The notes under the pieces: generated by a model
What the model was told of the DNA's origin: nothing
Databases searched by the model: none
Seen by the model: only the letters and a program-made list of their open reading frames with translations
Part shown: positions 16,420-24,969 of the stretch, piece after piece
Numbering within the stretch: the first letter of the stretch is position 1
How the letters are laid out: each line of letters opens with the position of its first letter
Origin: a virus
Strand: one strand, 5' to 3'
Virus record (IMG/VR): IMGVR_UViG_3300036785_000488
Coordinates: 21,072 to 85,071 of that record
DNA: 64,000 nt
Program-made: the position numbers and the translations under genes

Positions 16420-16688
16420 TTCACCCTCTTGACCGTCATGTGGGTGTCCCCGCGCTCGATGGCCCCGGCCACCCGGTGATGGCCGTCACCGACGTAGTAC
16501 CGGCCCTGGTACGGGTGCACTAGGGGATCGGTGGAGATGTCACCGGGATCCTGGCGGGCGATATCGGCCACCTTGTCCTGGTTGACGTAATTCTGCGTGG
16601 CGACCACTTTGTCCAGGCGCACTTTTATGCGGGGCATGCGGGGGTTGGGTTTTTCTGCGAACTGCTTGGTCGACAGCGGCACTGACAC
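16416..16688 (-). CDS. leader-tagged ParB/Srx-like protein (MSVPLSTKQF)
   Basis: VATQNYV...P.V...GRYYVGDGHHRVA. Confidence 0.75.
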   Translation of the reverse strand: MSVPLSTKQFAEKPNPRMPRIKVRLDKVVATQNYVNQDKVADIARQDPGDISTDPLVHPYQGRYYVGDGHHRVAGAIERGDTHMTVKRVK

Positions 16689-16743
16689 GCCACGAGCTTA
16701 GGTGGCTCGGGTTGGCGCACCTGGGCCACTTATGCTGGTCCCG

Positions 16744-17037
16744 ATGACGACGACTACACCTCAGAAGGGCTTCTGCTTCCAGTGCGGGACCGAGGTCGAC
16801 GGCGACATCTTGGAGCACACCTCGACGCACTCACCGGCTGCAGAGAAGCCCAAGACGGCGATCAAGACACGACAGCAGCGTCTTGACGACGTCGTCGGGG
16901 CGATCAAGAGGGTGAGCGAGGAAACTGACGTAACCGTCCAGACCGAGATCCTGGACCGCGAGGTCATCATGGAGCTGTACATCGTCCGGGCGAGCCTCAC
17001 CCAGAGCAGGCGGCGCGCCGCCGAAACGGAGGAATAG
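16744..17037 (+). CDS. hypothetical protein, probably leaderless
   Basis: TATGCT-7 nt-ATG; CFQC...H...H. Confidence 0.55.
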   Translation: MTTTTPQKGFCFQCGTEVDGDILEHTSTHSPAAEKPKTAIKTRQQRLDDVVGAIKRVSEETDVTVQTEILDREVIMELYIVRASLTQSRRRAAETEE

Positions 17038-17039
17038 AA

Positions 17040-17414
17040 ATGGGAGTTTCCGACTGGAGGGCCTGGACCACGCAGAACGGCGGCACCCTGCCCACCGCCC
17101 CGAACCCACCTGGTACGCCCTGGATCCCGAACTCACCGTTCCCTGGAGTGGGGCCGATTCCCGACCTCATCAGCGGCTCGACCTCGATCCCGACGTACCC
17201 GAACACCCCGACGACCGTGAATGCCGTCGACCCGTTCTACGTGGGCACGTACGCGACCGGCGGTGGCTGGGTGAACGTCATGGAGCGGTACATCGTCCCC
17301 TCCCCCGGCACCGCCGGGACCCAGACCGTTGCCTGCTGGCCTGCCGGGTCTCCTGGAGCGAGCGTGCCCGCAGGGCCGATCATGAGGCCGGTCGTAGCGG
17401 GGATCACCTCCTAG
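17040..17414 (+). CDS. Pro/Gly/Thr-rich protein
   Basis: GGAGG upstream; low-complexity ORF. Confidence 0.6.
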   Translation: MGVSDWRAWTTQNGGTLPTAPNPPGTPWIPNSPFPGVGPIPDLISGSTSIPTYPNTPTTVNAVDPFYVGTYATGGGWVNVMERYIVPSPGTAGTQTVACWPAGSPGASVPAGPIMRPVVAGITS

Positions 17415-17420
17415 CTCCAC

Positions 17421-17936
17421 ATGGCCCGAAATTACGCCGAGGAGTACCGCGCTCGGTCGGAACGCGCACAAGGACGGGGCTTCACCGGCTACACCCACCA
17501 GGAGCGTGAGCGTCGGCGGCTCCAGGCCATCGAGCAACACCCGCTGGGACACGCGCTGCGTCCAGGCTTCAGACGCCCCGGCGACATCCCAGTCGATCAT
17601 GGTCTCCAGGGGCCGTTCAGTCCCAGCCCGGACACCGACCCCACGACAAACATTCCGGACTGGGACTATTACTGGCCTACCAGAACGATCAACCCACCGC
17701 GACCCAGAACTCTCCAGGCGCGCTACTCAGCTCGGGCGCAACGGATCGAAGTCATCTTCCGTGCCGGATCACCGGCCAGTCCCGATGCCACCTGGCACTA
17801 CAACGACATCCCTCCGCAGATCTGGACGGCGTTCAAGCGCAATGAGTCACCAGGGCGGTTCATTAACGCAGTACTGAACGGTTGGGACGGGACCAACGGA
17901 GGTCCGGGGGGATGGGGAACCCTTGTCGGGCAGTAG
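17421..17936 (+). CDS. KTSC domain protein
   Basis: RYS...QRIEVIFR...W.YNDIP..IW.AF...ESPGRFIN. Confidence 0.75.
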   Translation: MARNYAEEYRARSERAQGRGFTGYTHQERERRRLQAIEQHPLGHALRPGFRRPGDIPVDHGLQGPFSPSPDTDPTTNIPDWDYYWPTRTINPPRPRTLQARYSARAQRIEVIFRAGSPASPDATWHYNDIPPQIWTAFKRNESPGRFINAVLNGWDGTNGGPGGWGTLVGQ

Positions 17937-18017
17937 AGCAAAAAGGCGAGAATCTCGTCGGGCGCATTGACGCTCTCATTGCCGACATCGATCAGTCCCT
18001 GAAAGAAAACACCCTCA

Positions 18018-18359
18018 ATGTTCCTCGGAAGCGACTACGAAGACCCGGAGGAGAACGAGTGGGTACTACCCGAAGTTCCAAGCCCCGACTCGGTTCCTGA
18101 CAACACCACTTGCCACGGGCCTCTGTATTTTTGGCGAGGCGAAGCCAACCCGAGGCAGACCCTATTCTCGGTGGCGATCACCCGAGAGATCACAGCTCCC
18201 TGGCGGCGAGGACTGGGGCTGACCCTGCGTAAGGGAGCAACTGCCAAGGCAGTCGGGCTGTGGTTCCGGGGCCGACCTCCTCGGATTCTGGGTGAAGCCC
18301 CAGTTGAGAAGGACTGGAAAAAGGTCGTAAAACGCTCTGGAGAGCTAAGCGAGCTGTAG
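18018..18359 (+). CDS. hypothetical protein
   Basis: ORF. Confidence 0.5.
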   Translation: MFLGSDYEDPEENEWVLPEVPSPDSVPDNTTCHGPLYFWRGEANPRQTLFSVAITREITAPWRRGLGLTLRKGATAKAVGLWFRGRPPRILGEAPVEKDWKKVVKRSGELSEL

Positions 18360-18372
18360 TATTTTTCCTGGG

Positions 18373-19275
18373 GTGGCTCACAAGTGTGAGATCCCTCATC
18401 ATCCGAACCTCGTCAGTTTTCTGTGTAGCTGCGGACAGCATTTTGTGCGTGATGACACCGGAGCGATGGTCAAAGAAAGCAGGAAGACAGCAGTGGCGAC
18501 TGAAGCCGTAGAGAAGGTCTGGGACAAAATTCAGCCGGATCATCGAAGCGGGAGCATTCCCGTCTACAACGGAAGTGAGTGGAGGGTTTTCCGGAACACT
18601 CAGACGATCTATGCCGGTGCCGAGACTGCCATCGACCCGGCTAAGGCCGATGTACTACGTCAGAACGTCGTAGACCTCCTCGGTCATTACCCCAAGACCG
18701 TTCAACAGCTAGAAAAACTGGGGGTCCGAGTCCGATCACTCCTGAACCACCGCATCGAGAGCTGCGACGATGTCGTTGCCTGGGGCGAGTCATTCTTCAA
18801 CTACGGGCCTCCTGGCATTCGACCGGCACACGCCCAGGACACCATGGACCTGGCGTACGACGACATCATCATCGAGGTCAAGAGAGGCAGAGATCCCTTC
18901 TACGTAGTGCCTGCAACTACGAGAGGAACTGGAGTCTCAGAGACGGTCGACTTCTCCTGGCCGGGGGCGAAGAGACGGTACGGCTCTCGTCACCCCTTCA
19001 CAGAGCGGGCCTTCTCCATCCAAGAGCCGAAGGCACCCAAGCCACCCCGGTACCGGGGCAAGACGGCAGAAGGCGAACCACAACGTCCTCGTGGGCGTCC
19101 GCGCAAGGACGGACTGGCAGCCGGATCCAAAGAGGCCAGAGCTGCCGACCGCAAGAAGGAGCGCGAGCGTCAGGCCAAGCGCAAGACACGTCAGGCCAAG
19201 AAGGAGGCGACCATCACCGAGTTGCCCCGGCGGCGGCTCGTGCGGATCAGGGACGAGCGCAAAGAGGCGTGGTGA
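18373..19275 (+). CDS. hypothetical protein with AT-hook and basic C-terminus
   Basis: RPRGRPRK. Confidence 0.65.
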   Translation: MAHKCEIPHHPNLVSFLCSCGQHFVRDDTGAMVKESRKTAVATEAVEKVWDKIQPDHRSGSIPVYNGSEWRVFRNTQTIYAGAETAIDPAKADVLRQNVVDLLGHYPKTVQQLEKLGVRVRSLLNHRIESCDDVVAWGESFFNYGPPGIRPAHAQDTMDLAYDDIIIEVKRGRDPFYVVPATTRGTGVSETVDFSWPGAKRRYGSRHPFTERAFSIQEPKAPKPPRYRGKTAEGEPQRPRGRPRKDGLAAGSKEARAADRKKERERQAKRKTRQAKKEATITELPRRRLVRIRDERKEAW

Positions 19276-19524
19276 GTGGCCTCAGCTCTGAAGACCTGGC
19301 GGCAGTCCAGACGTGAAGCTCAGTTCTGGCAGAAGGCTCAGGCGAGATCGGTCAGCCTGGCGAAGGGCGAGGTGGTCAACAGCATCGACCTCACTCTCAT
19401 GTCTGCCGGTCAAGCGATCAGCCGGTACCGAACACTGGTCGATCCAGAGATGAAGACCGACCAGCTCTTTGAGCTGAGAATGCAGCTAGAGGCAGCTCTC
19501 GGAATGCTCGACAATCTTCTCTGA
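19276..19524 (+). CDS. hypothetical protein
   Basis: Adjacent ORF with GAGG upstream. Confidence 0.55.
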   Translation: MASALKTWRQSRREAQFWQKAQARSVSLAKGEVVNSIDLTLMSAGQAISRYRTLVDPEMKTDQLFELRMQLEAALGMLDNLL

Positions 19525-19705
19525 CTGCTGCCTACCCCAGCTCTGGGCGTGCAGCACAGCTCGACGCTTAGCGACGTCCTCGGTCTCGTAGGGCTTGGCG
19601 AGGATGCCGCACACCGTGCAGCGTGCGACCCAGCGAGGGCCTGACTCCTTATTCACCAGGCGGGCGCGCTGAACAGAGCAAGCGTGCGGTACTACCTCAG
19701 TCACC

Positions 19706-20044
19706 TCAGACACCTTGCTCATCTTCGACCACTCCCTCGATGCCGGAGAAACACTCCTGGCACAGCGAGGTGGGCGTGTCACCCAGCGTCACCGCACGAG
19801 CGACGGGGCGCTTGTGGCAGTTGTCACAGAGCTGCTGTTCCTTCGGGGTCACTCTGATGCTCCACACCAGTTCGATACCGCTCCCTTTGGACACAGGTCT
19901 CATGTCCCAGTCGACGTTGACGAGGCCAGCAGCCTCCAATGCCTCGATGGGTCGACGGGCGATTCCGTTGTACTTGCGTCCCTTGGAGCCTGCTTCAGTC
20001 ACCTGCTCCAAGATCCGCTTCTGTGCTGTGGTCAATGTAGCCAT
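19706..20044 (-). CDS. wHTH-like plus Zn-ribbon protein, leaderless
   Basis: MATLTTAQKRILE...LEAAGLV; CDNC...CQEC. Confidence 0.6.
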   Translation of the reverse strand: MATLTTAQKRILEQVTEAGSKGRKYNGIARRPIEALEAAGLVNVDWDMRPVSKGSGIELVWSIRVTPKEQQLCDNCHKRPVARAVTLGDTPTSLCQECFSGIEGVVEDEQGV

Positions 20045-20146
20045 GGAGTAATTATACACCCTCCACAGAGCAATGCAAGTCAGGTCGAAGGAAAATGTGT
20101 GACATAGGTGACTGGCATTCTGCTGTGCATGGTGTATACTCTTCCC
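20045..20146. promoter_or_regulatory. divergent pair of conserved leaderless promoters (copies 3 and 4)
   Basis: Minus: TTTTCCTTCGACCTGAC-TTGCAT-16 nt-TATAAT-6 nt-ATGGCTAC(20044). Plus: GTGAC-TGGCAT-16 nt-TATACT-6 nt-ATGGCTAC(20147). Confidence 0.75.
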
Positions 20147-21604
20147 ATGGCTACCAACCCAACCAGCTCGACCACCGGCCAGCCGTGGATCGAGATCGAC
20201 ATCAAGGGCTTCGCCCAGATCCTTCGCAACAAAGGGATCGCACGCATCGCCCTGGAACCCATCAGCAATGCCTTCGACACCGAGGCAACCGAGATCAACG
20301 TGACCTTCTCCCAGCGGGATGGCAAGGCGTTGCTCATCGTCATCGATGACGACCCGAACGGCTTCGCTGACCTGCGCGACGCTTACATGCTGTTCGCCCC
20401 GTCAAACCGACGGGAGGACCCCAGCAAGCGCGGTCGCTTCGGTCAAGGCGAGAAGGAACTGATTGCCGTCTGCTTCGACGGCGGTCACGTCCACGTGATC
20501 TCCACCACCGGAGCAATCCACTTCGACCAAACCGGTCGAAGCAAGTCGAACAAGAAGACGAAGACCGGTACCGAACTCGCCGCCGGGTTCAAGTGCAACA
20601 AGACCCAGGCGGCTGAGTTCGAGTCGCTGGTCCGCTCGCTGATCGTCCCCGACGGGGTGAAGCTCACCTTCAACGGCGAGGTGATCGAGCAGCCGACGCC
20701 GGTCAAGATCGTCCGCGAGACCCTGCCCACCAAGATCGTGGACGACGAGGGGAACCTGGCCGACACCCGGCGGCTCACCTTCGTTGAGCTGTACGAGCCA
20801 GCCTCCGGTGAGGCTGCCTTCATCTACGAACTGGGCGTGCCTGTGGTCGAGCACGACGGGCGCTGGCACATCAATGTCATGCAGAAGGTGCCGCTCAACA
20901 CGGCCCGTGACAACGTGACTCCCAGCTACCTCAGGAGACTCCGGGAGATCATGCTGAACGAGACGCACGACCTCCTCACCTCTGTCGACATGAAGTCGGC
21001 CTGGGTGACCGAGGCTCTGCCTGGGGCGAACGAGGAGGCTCTCACGAACGTGGTCACCTCCATCCACGGCAAGAACGCCGTCATCGCAGACCCGTCCAAC
21101 CCCGAGGCGACCAAGCGTGCCATCGATCAAGGTCGCACCATCATCCAGGGCAGGCAGTTCACCACCGACACCTGGAGCCGGATCCGCGAGCACAGCATCT
21201 TCAAGCCCGCCGGTCAGGTCATCGAGACCGGGATCCCGTCGTCACCAGGCGGCGTGCCGCCAATGTCCAGAGACAAGTGGACTCCTGAGATGAAGCACTT
21301 GGAGAGCTACGTCCACAAACTGGGCAACCATCTTCTCGGGTTCCCAACTACCGTCGAGTTCATGAACGTGCCCGTCCAGGGGGCGAGGCGGGCTGCAGCC
21401 TGGTGGGGCGTCGGGACGATCACGTTCAACCTGTGCCGCCTGGGCAAGAACTGGCCTGCCACTGCCTCCCAGGAGAAGGTCGACGCTCTGGTGATCCATG
21501 AGTTCAGCCACCACACCGACGAGGATCACTTCTCGGACGGGTTCATCCACAAGCTGGCCGAACTCGGGGCGAAGCTACGGTCATGCAAAGCGAGGTTGCG
21601 CTGA
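20147..21604 (+). CDS. GHKL (Hsp90/MORC-like) ATPase with C-terminal HExxH
   Basis: EPISNAFD (N box), DDDPNGF (G1), GRFGQGEK (G2), GTEL (G3); IHEFSHH. Confidence 0.8.
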   Translation: MATNPTSSTTGQPWIEIDIKGFAQILRNKGIARIALEPISNAFDTEATEINVTFSQRDGKALLIVIDDDPNGFADLRDAYMLFAPSNRREDPSKRGRFGQGEKELIAVCFDGGHVHVISTTGAIHFDQTGRSKSNKKTKTGTELAAGFKCNKTQAAEFESLVRSLIVPDGVKLTFNGEVIEQPTPVKIVRETLPTKIVDDEGNLADTRRLTFVELYEPASGEAAFIYELGVPVVEHDGRWHINVMQKVPLNTARDNVTPSYLRRLREIMLNETHDLLTSVDMKSAWVTEALPGANEEALTNVVTSIHGKNAVIADPSNPEATKRAIDQGRTIIQGRQFTTDTWSRIREHSIFKPAGQVIETGIPSSPGGVPPMSRDKWTPEMKHLESYVHKLGNHLLGFPTTVEFMNVPVQGARRAAAWWGVGTITFNLCRLGKNWPATASQEKVDALVIHEFSHHTDEDHFSDGFIHKLAELGAKLRSCKARLR

Positions 21605-22014
21605 TGAGTACCAAGAAGATTGACGAACTGAGAGAGGTTCTCAACGCTGCCTGCGACGTCGTGACGGCCCCAACCATTGCGGCGTACAAAGCAGGCAGTT
21701 ACGAGAAGCGTGTGCCACGGCCCCGCATGAAGCGGCTCATTAAGGCACTCATCAACTCCGGTGCGTTCACCGAGGAGTACCAACAGACACTGATCCAACG
21801 CTTGCGTGCGGTCGAGGCAGCCGAGCAGCGCAGCAGAGAGTGGGCTGAGGGTGAGGAAGAGCGAGTACAACAGCGCAGAGCCGCAGTCGATGCACAGCGC
21901 CACCCGTTCACTGCGAAAGAGGGTCCTGGGTACATGCTCTGCACTGTCTGCAACTCCACGATAAGCAGCACCCTCCATTACGACCGGCAAGGGAACCTGC
22001 TGACCAATGACTGA
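21604..22014 (+). CDS. hypothetical protein
   Basis: TGATG overlap; CTVC...H. Confidence 0.55.
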   Translation: MSTKKIDELREVLNAACDVVTAPTIAAYKAGSYEKRVPRPRMKRLIKALINSGAFTEEYQQTLIQRLRAVEAAEQRSREWAEGEEERVQQRRAAVDAQRHPFTAKEGPGYMLCTVCNSTISSTLHYDRQGNLLTND

Positions 22015-22867
22015 AGAGCTGACCGAGACAGACCTGGACCTCATGGCCCGGATGCACTGCACGATCCCGCCCAAGAAGGCGGGACGGCTGGAGCTGGTGA
22101 AGTTCACCATCACCGACGAACCCGACCCCGCCGCTGAGTTGCACTACGGCGTCCGGTCAGCCACACCGGGTGAGTACACCAAGCTCCAAGAGCGCGTCTC
22201 CGGTAAACCCCTAGAGGGCACGCTGTGGATGAGCGACACGCCTGCCGAGCTGAAGGACCACCTGCCGGTGGCCCGGAAGATCGCAGACCCGAACTGCAAG
22301 CGTGTGCTGATCATGGGACTGGGTCTCGGCTGCATCATCAAACTGGCGGCGAGCTTCGACCATGTCGAGGACATCTACGTGGTCGAGCAGGACTCCAGGG
22401 TGATCAAGCTCGTCGGGCGTTGGTTCGACAAGGAGTACGCCGGTCGCGTGCACGTCATCGAGGGCGATGCGTACGAGCAGCCCGTCGGTCCCCGTGAACA
22501 CTGGGACGTGGTCTGGCACGACATCTGGCCGGACATGGGCGAAGACAACCTGGCCCCCATGCACTTCCTCCACCAGAGGTACCGGGACCACTGCACCTGG
22601 CAGGGACTGTGGGCCTTGGAGTTCTGCATGATGCAGCAGGACGTGACGCGCGAGCTGGTGCAGCGCGTCGAGAGAGTGGACGGCAAGAAGATCGACGTCA
22701 CGCACACCCTGTGGAAGGAGTACAACGAGTTCCTCGACCTGGAACCGCACTACAAGTACTTCGCGCAGCAGGGTTACGTCGCTGCCTCTCGTCACGGACA
22801 CAACACAGTCCTGGATGAGCTGGACGGCAAAATCCCGAAGAACAAGACGATTTTCGGGGTGCTATAA
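22007..22867 (+). CDS. class I SAM-dependent methyltransferase / spermidine-synthase-like protein
   Basis: LWMSDTP.E, RVLIMGLGLG, VVEQD.RVI.LV, VIEGDA, WDVVWHDIW. Confidence 0.8.
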   Translation: MTEELTETDLDLMARMHCTIPPKKAGRLELVKFTITDEPDPAAELHYGVRSATPGEYTKLQERVSGKPLEGTLWMSDTPAELKDHLPVARKIADPNCKRVLIMGLGLGCIIKLAASFDHVEDIYVVEQDSRVIKLVGRWFDKEYAGRVHVIEGDAYEQPVGPREHWDVVWHDIWPDMGEDNLAPMHFLHQRYRDHCTWQGLWALEFCMMQQDVTRELVQRVERVDGKKIDVTHTLWKEYNEFLDLEPHYKYFAQQGYVAASRHGHNTVLDELDGKIPKNKTIFGVL

Positions 22868-22925
22868 ACCAGCGCGAGCACCAGGAGATGGAGCGCCTGA
22901 TGGCAGAGGAGGAGCAGGCCCAGCA

Positions 22926-23147
22926 ATGAGGGGGTTCTGGGGCATGCACTGCTTCAACGGACTCAGCCCTGCCCAGCAGGTGAGGCTGATCGGCTGGGGC
23001 AACCTGCCCCTGGGCTTCCAGCCCGAGGGGAAGTGCCAGGAGCCAGCGGCGGTCGCCATCGAGACCGAGGCCGACGCTGCTCCTGGTCCCCGGTTCTACT
23101 GCTGGGACTGTGCCCTGCTACCTGGGAGAACTCCGGGATGGAGTTGA
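22926..23147 (+). CDS. hypothetical protein
   Basis: ORF with PRFYCWDC. Confidence 0.5.
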   Translation: MRGFWGMHCFNGLSPAQQVRLIGWGNLPLGFQPEGKCQEPAAVAIETEADAAPGPRFYCWDCALLPGRTPGWS

Positions 23148-23160
23148 TCAGTTACCGCAG

Positions 23161-23213
23161 ATTTCTCCTCGTCCTGACGTGTCACACACCTGAGTTCCCG
23201 CTATACTGATGTC
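23161..23213 (+). promoter_or_regulatory. conserved leaderless promoter, copy 5
   Basis: TTTCTCCTCGTCCTGAC-GTGTCA-17 nt-TATACT(23202-23207)-6 nt-ATGGCTAC(23214). Confidence 0.7.
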
Positions 23214-23717
23214 ATGGCTACTTACAACGAACCTCAACTAGATGCGGCAGGGCCACCACCCCTCGACGCAGCTCCCCCACCCGAGGCGGATCCCTTTGAG
23301 GATCTGCGGATCGCATCCCAGAACTACTGGGCTGGGCGCACAGGGCGGGAACGTCCTCCGGCACCCACGTTTCGCCTGGTAGGGGACAAAAAGCTCCTGG
23401 GCCGGTACATGGATCCCTACGGCTGCCAGGCCCACATGCAGGCACGGCGGCAGCTCTGGGAGAAGTGGTACACCGGCTTCTTCATCTCCTGTGGGGTGAC
23501 CCTGATCTTTGCCGAGGTCGACTGGGTGCTGATCTTTCTCGCACTCCCGGCCTATGCCATCTGGTACTTCTCGGTCAAGGCGAAGCACCGCAGGCAGTAT
23601 GACCTGTACTACGGAGTGCAGGAAAAGATCCTCACCACCGGGGAACCAGAGTGGGTCCCCTACGACAAGGAGCGGCTCAAACTGCTCGACCGCAATCCCA
23701 TGGCAGTCTGGCCGTGA
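23214..23717 (+). CDS. membrane protein, 2 TM
   Basis: Hydrophobic hairpin WYTGFF...AIWYF. Confidence 0.7.
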   Translation: MATYNEPQLDAAGPPPLDAAPPPEADPFEDLRIASQNYWAGRTGRERPPAPTFRLVGDKKLLGRYMDPYGCQAHMQARRQLWEKWYTGFFISCGVTLIFAEVDWVLIFLALPAYAIWYFSVKAKHRRQYDLYYGVQEKILTTGEPEWVPYDKERLKLLDRNPMAVWP

Positions 23718-23743
23718 CACCGACGACAAACAGAAAGGAACCC

Positions 23744-23962
23744 GTGGCCCCCAAGACCCTGACCACCAAGACCCTGAAGAGGGTGAAGCTAGACGACAAC
23801 CGAGAGGTCAGGATCTCCCGGATTCCGACCGGCTTCGGTGAGCATCTGATCCGCGTGGGCATCAACACCCTGCCCGACGGCGACAACATGAGCGGCGCTG
23901 TCTTCCCTGAGAGCAAGCTGAATGACGTGATCACCGCCCTCCAGGGGGCCAGGAATGCCTGA
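23744..23962 (+). CDS. small protein, possibly PC4/YdbC-like nucleic-acid binding fold
   Basis: AGAAAGGA before GTG; beta-strand pattern then GAVFP..L..VI.AL. Confidence 0.45.
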   Translation: MAPKTLTTKTLKRVKLDDNREVRISRIPTGFGEHLIRVGINTLPDGDNMSGAVFPESKLNDVITALQGARNA

Positions 23963-24251
23963 CGACGACGAGCTGATGGAGATGCGGTGCCGCACGTGCG
24001 GCATCCTCCTGGGCGTCCGCAAGCGTCAGGGACCCTTCGTCTTCTGGTGCTCCGACGAGTGCGCCGACACGGTCAACGCCAAGTCCGAGCGGGACCAGGT
24101 GAGGGACGAAGTCGCCGTCGAGCTGTACCTGGGCGGCGTCGGCATCATGGAGGTCGCCCGGTTCACCGAGACCCCGTACACCAGGATCCAGCAGCTCCTG
24201 TACCGGCGGAACATCCCCCTGGTCCGACCGGCCAGGAAGGTGCCTGCCTGA
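23955..24251 (+). CDS. Zn-finger plus HTH protein
   Basis: CRTC...WCSDEC; LYLGG.GIMEVARF...Y.RIQQLL. Confidence 0.65.
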   Translation: MPDDDELMEMRCRTCGILLGVRKRQGPFVFWCSDECADTVNAKSERDQVRDEVAVELYLGGVGIMEVARFTETPYTRIQQLLYRRNIPLVRPARKVPA

Positions 24252-24375
24252 GCGGTACCCTGGGGCTGCAGACGGCCCCCAACGTCCACACCTTTCTCAC
24301 ACTGGGTTCACATAGTGGACGGGGACCACACTGTTGCGATGGGGCCGTCTGCCACCATCCTCAAGATCTCCTGGG

Positions 24376-24720
24376 TTATCCTGGGACCTCATCCTCCTCT
24401 CGGCTTGGTAACCCGGTTGGAGCGCAGTAGCCATGTGATCGAGGCCCCCCTTCGTGGGGGGCCTCGACGCGTCCAGTGGCATACATGGTGATGTGCTGGT
24501 GGCCGAGCCGCTGGTGGGTGTCGACGTCGCAGCTCCAGGTGATGCCCCGACCCTGGAACCACGAGACCGCCCAGGCGACGGCCCGATACGGCGTGCGCTC
24601 ATAGTGGATGGTCTTGGGGAACGCATCGTCCCCGATGTAGAGGTCGACGGGGACCCAGCCCCCGTGGGCGTCTGCGAGGCCCCAGTCGACCCGCAGTCTG
24701 AATGGTGGTAGTGGTTCCAT
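24376..24720 (-). CDS. hypothetical protein
   Basis: ORF with GAGG upstream. Confidence 0.5.
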   Translation of the reverse strand: MEPLPPFRLRVDWGLADAHGGWVPVDLYIGDDAFPKTIHYERTPYRAVAWAVSWFQGRGITWSCDVDTHQRLGHQHITMYATGRVEAPHEGGPRSHGYCAPTGLPSREEDEVPG

Positions 24721-24912
24721 ACCTCATATAAGGACGACACCATCCCGATGTGTCAAAAATAATTCGGGTATTGTGGCGACGTTCACGGTCCCGGCGTCAG
24801 TCACGATGACAAGCCCGTTGGCGGTTAATGACCGGGGGAAACCGCTCCCGTAATCGGTCGCGGAAACTACGCCCGCAGGGGACCGGGCAAGAGCCGGTCA
24901 AGTCCCCGAGCT

Positions 24913-24969
24913 ACATTTTTCTCCTCGCCCTGACATGCGGCATGGCCCCAAGGCCGGTACAATGGGGCC
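24913..24969 (+). promoter_or_regulatory. conserved leaderless promoter, copy 6 (integrase)
   Basis: TTTTTCTCCTCGCCCTGAC-ATGCGG-17 nt-TACAAT(24958-24963)-6 nt-ATG(24970). Confidence 0.65.

Noticed and set aside
24252-24910. attP site next to the integrase
   Set aside because: No tRNA-like core or arm-type repeats could be identified by eye.
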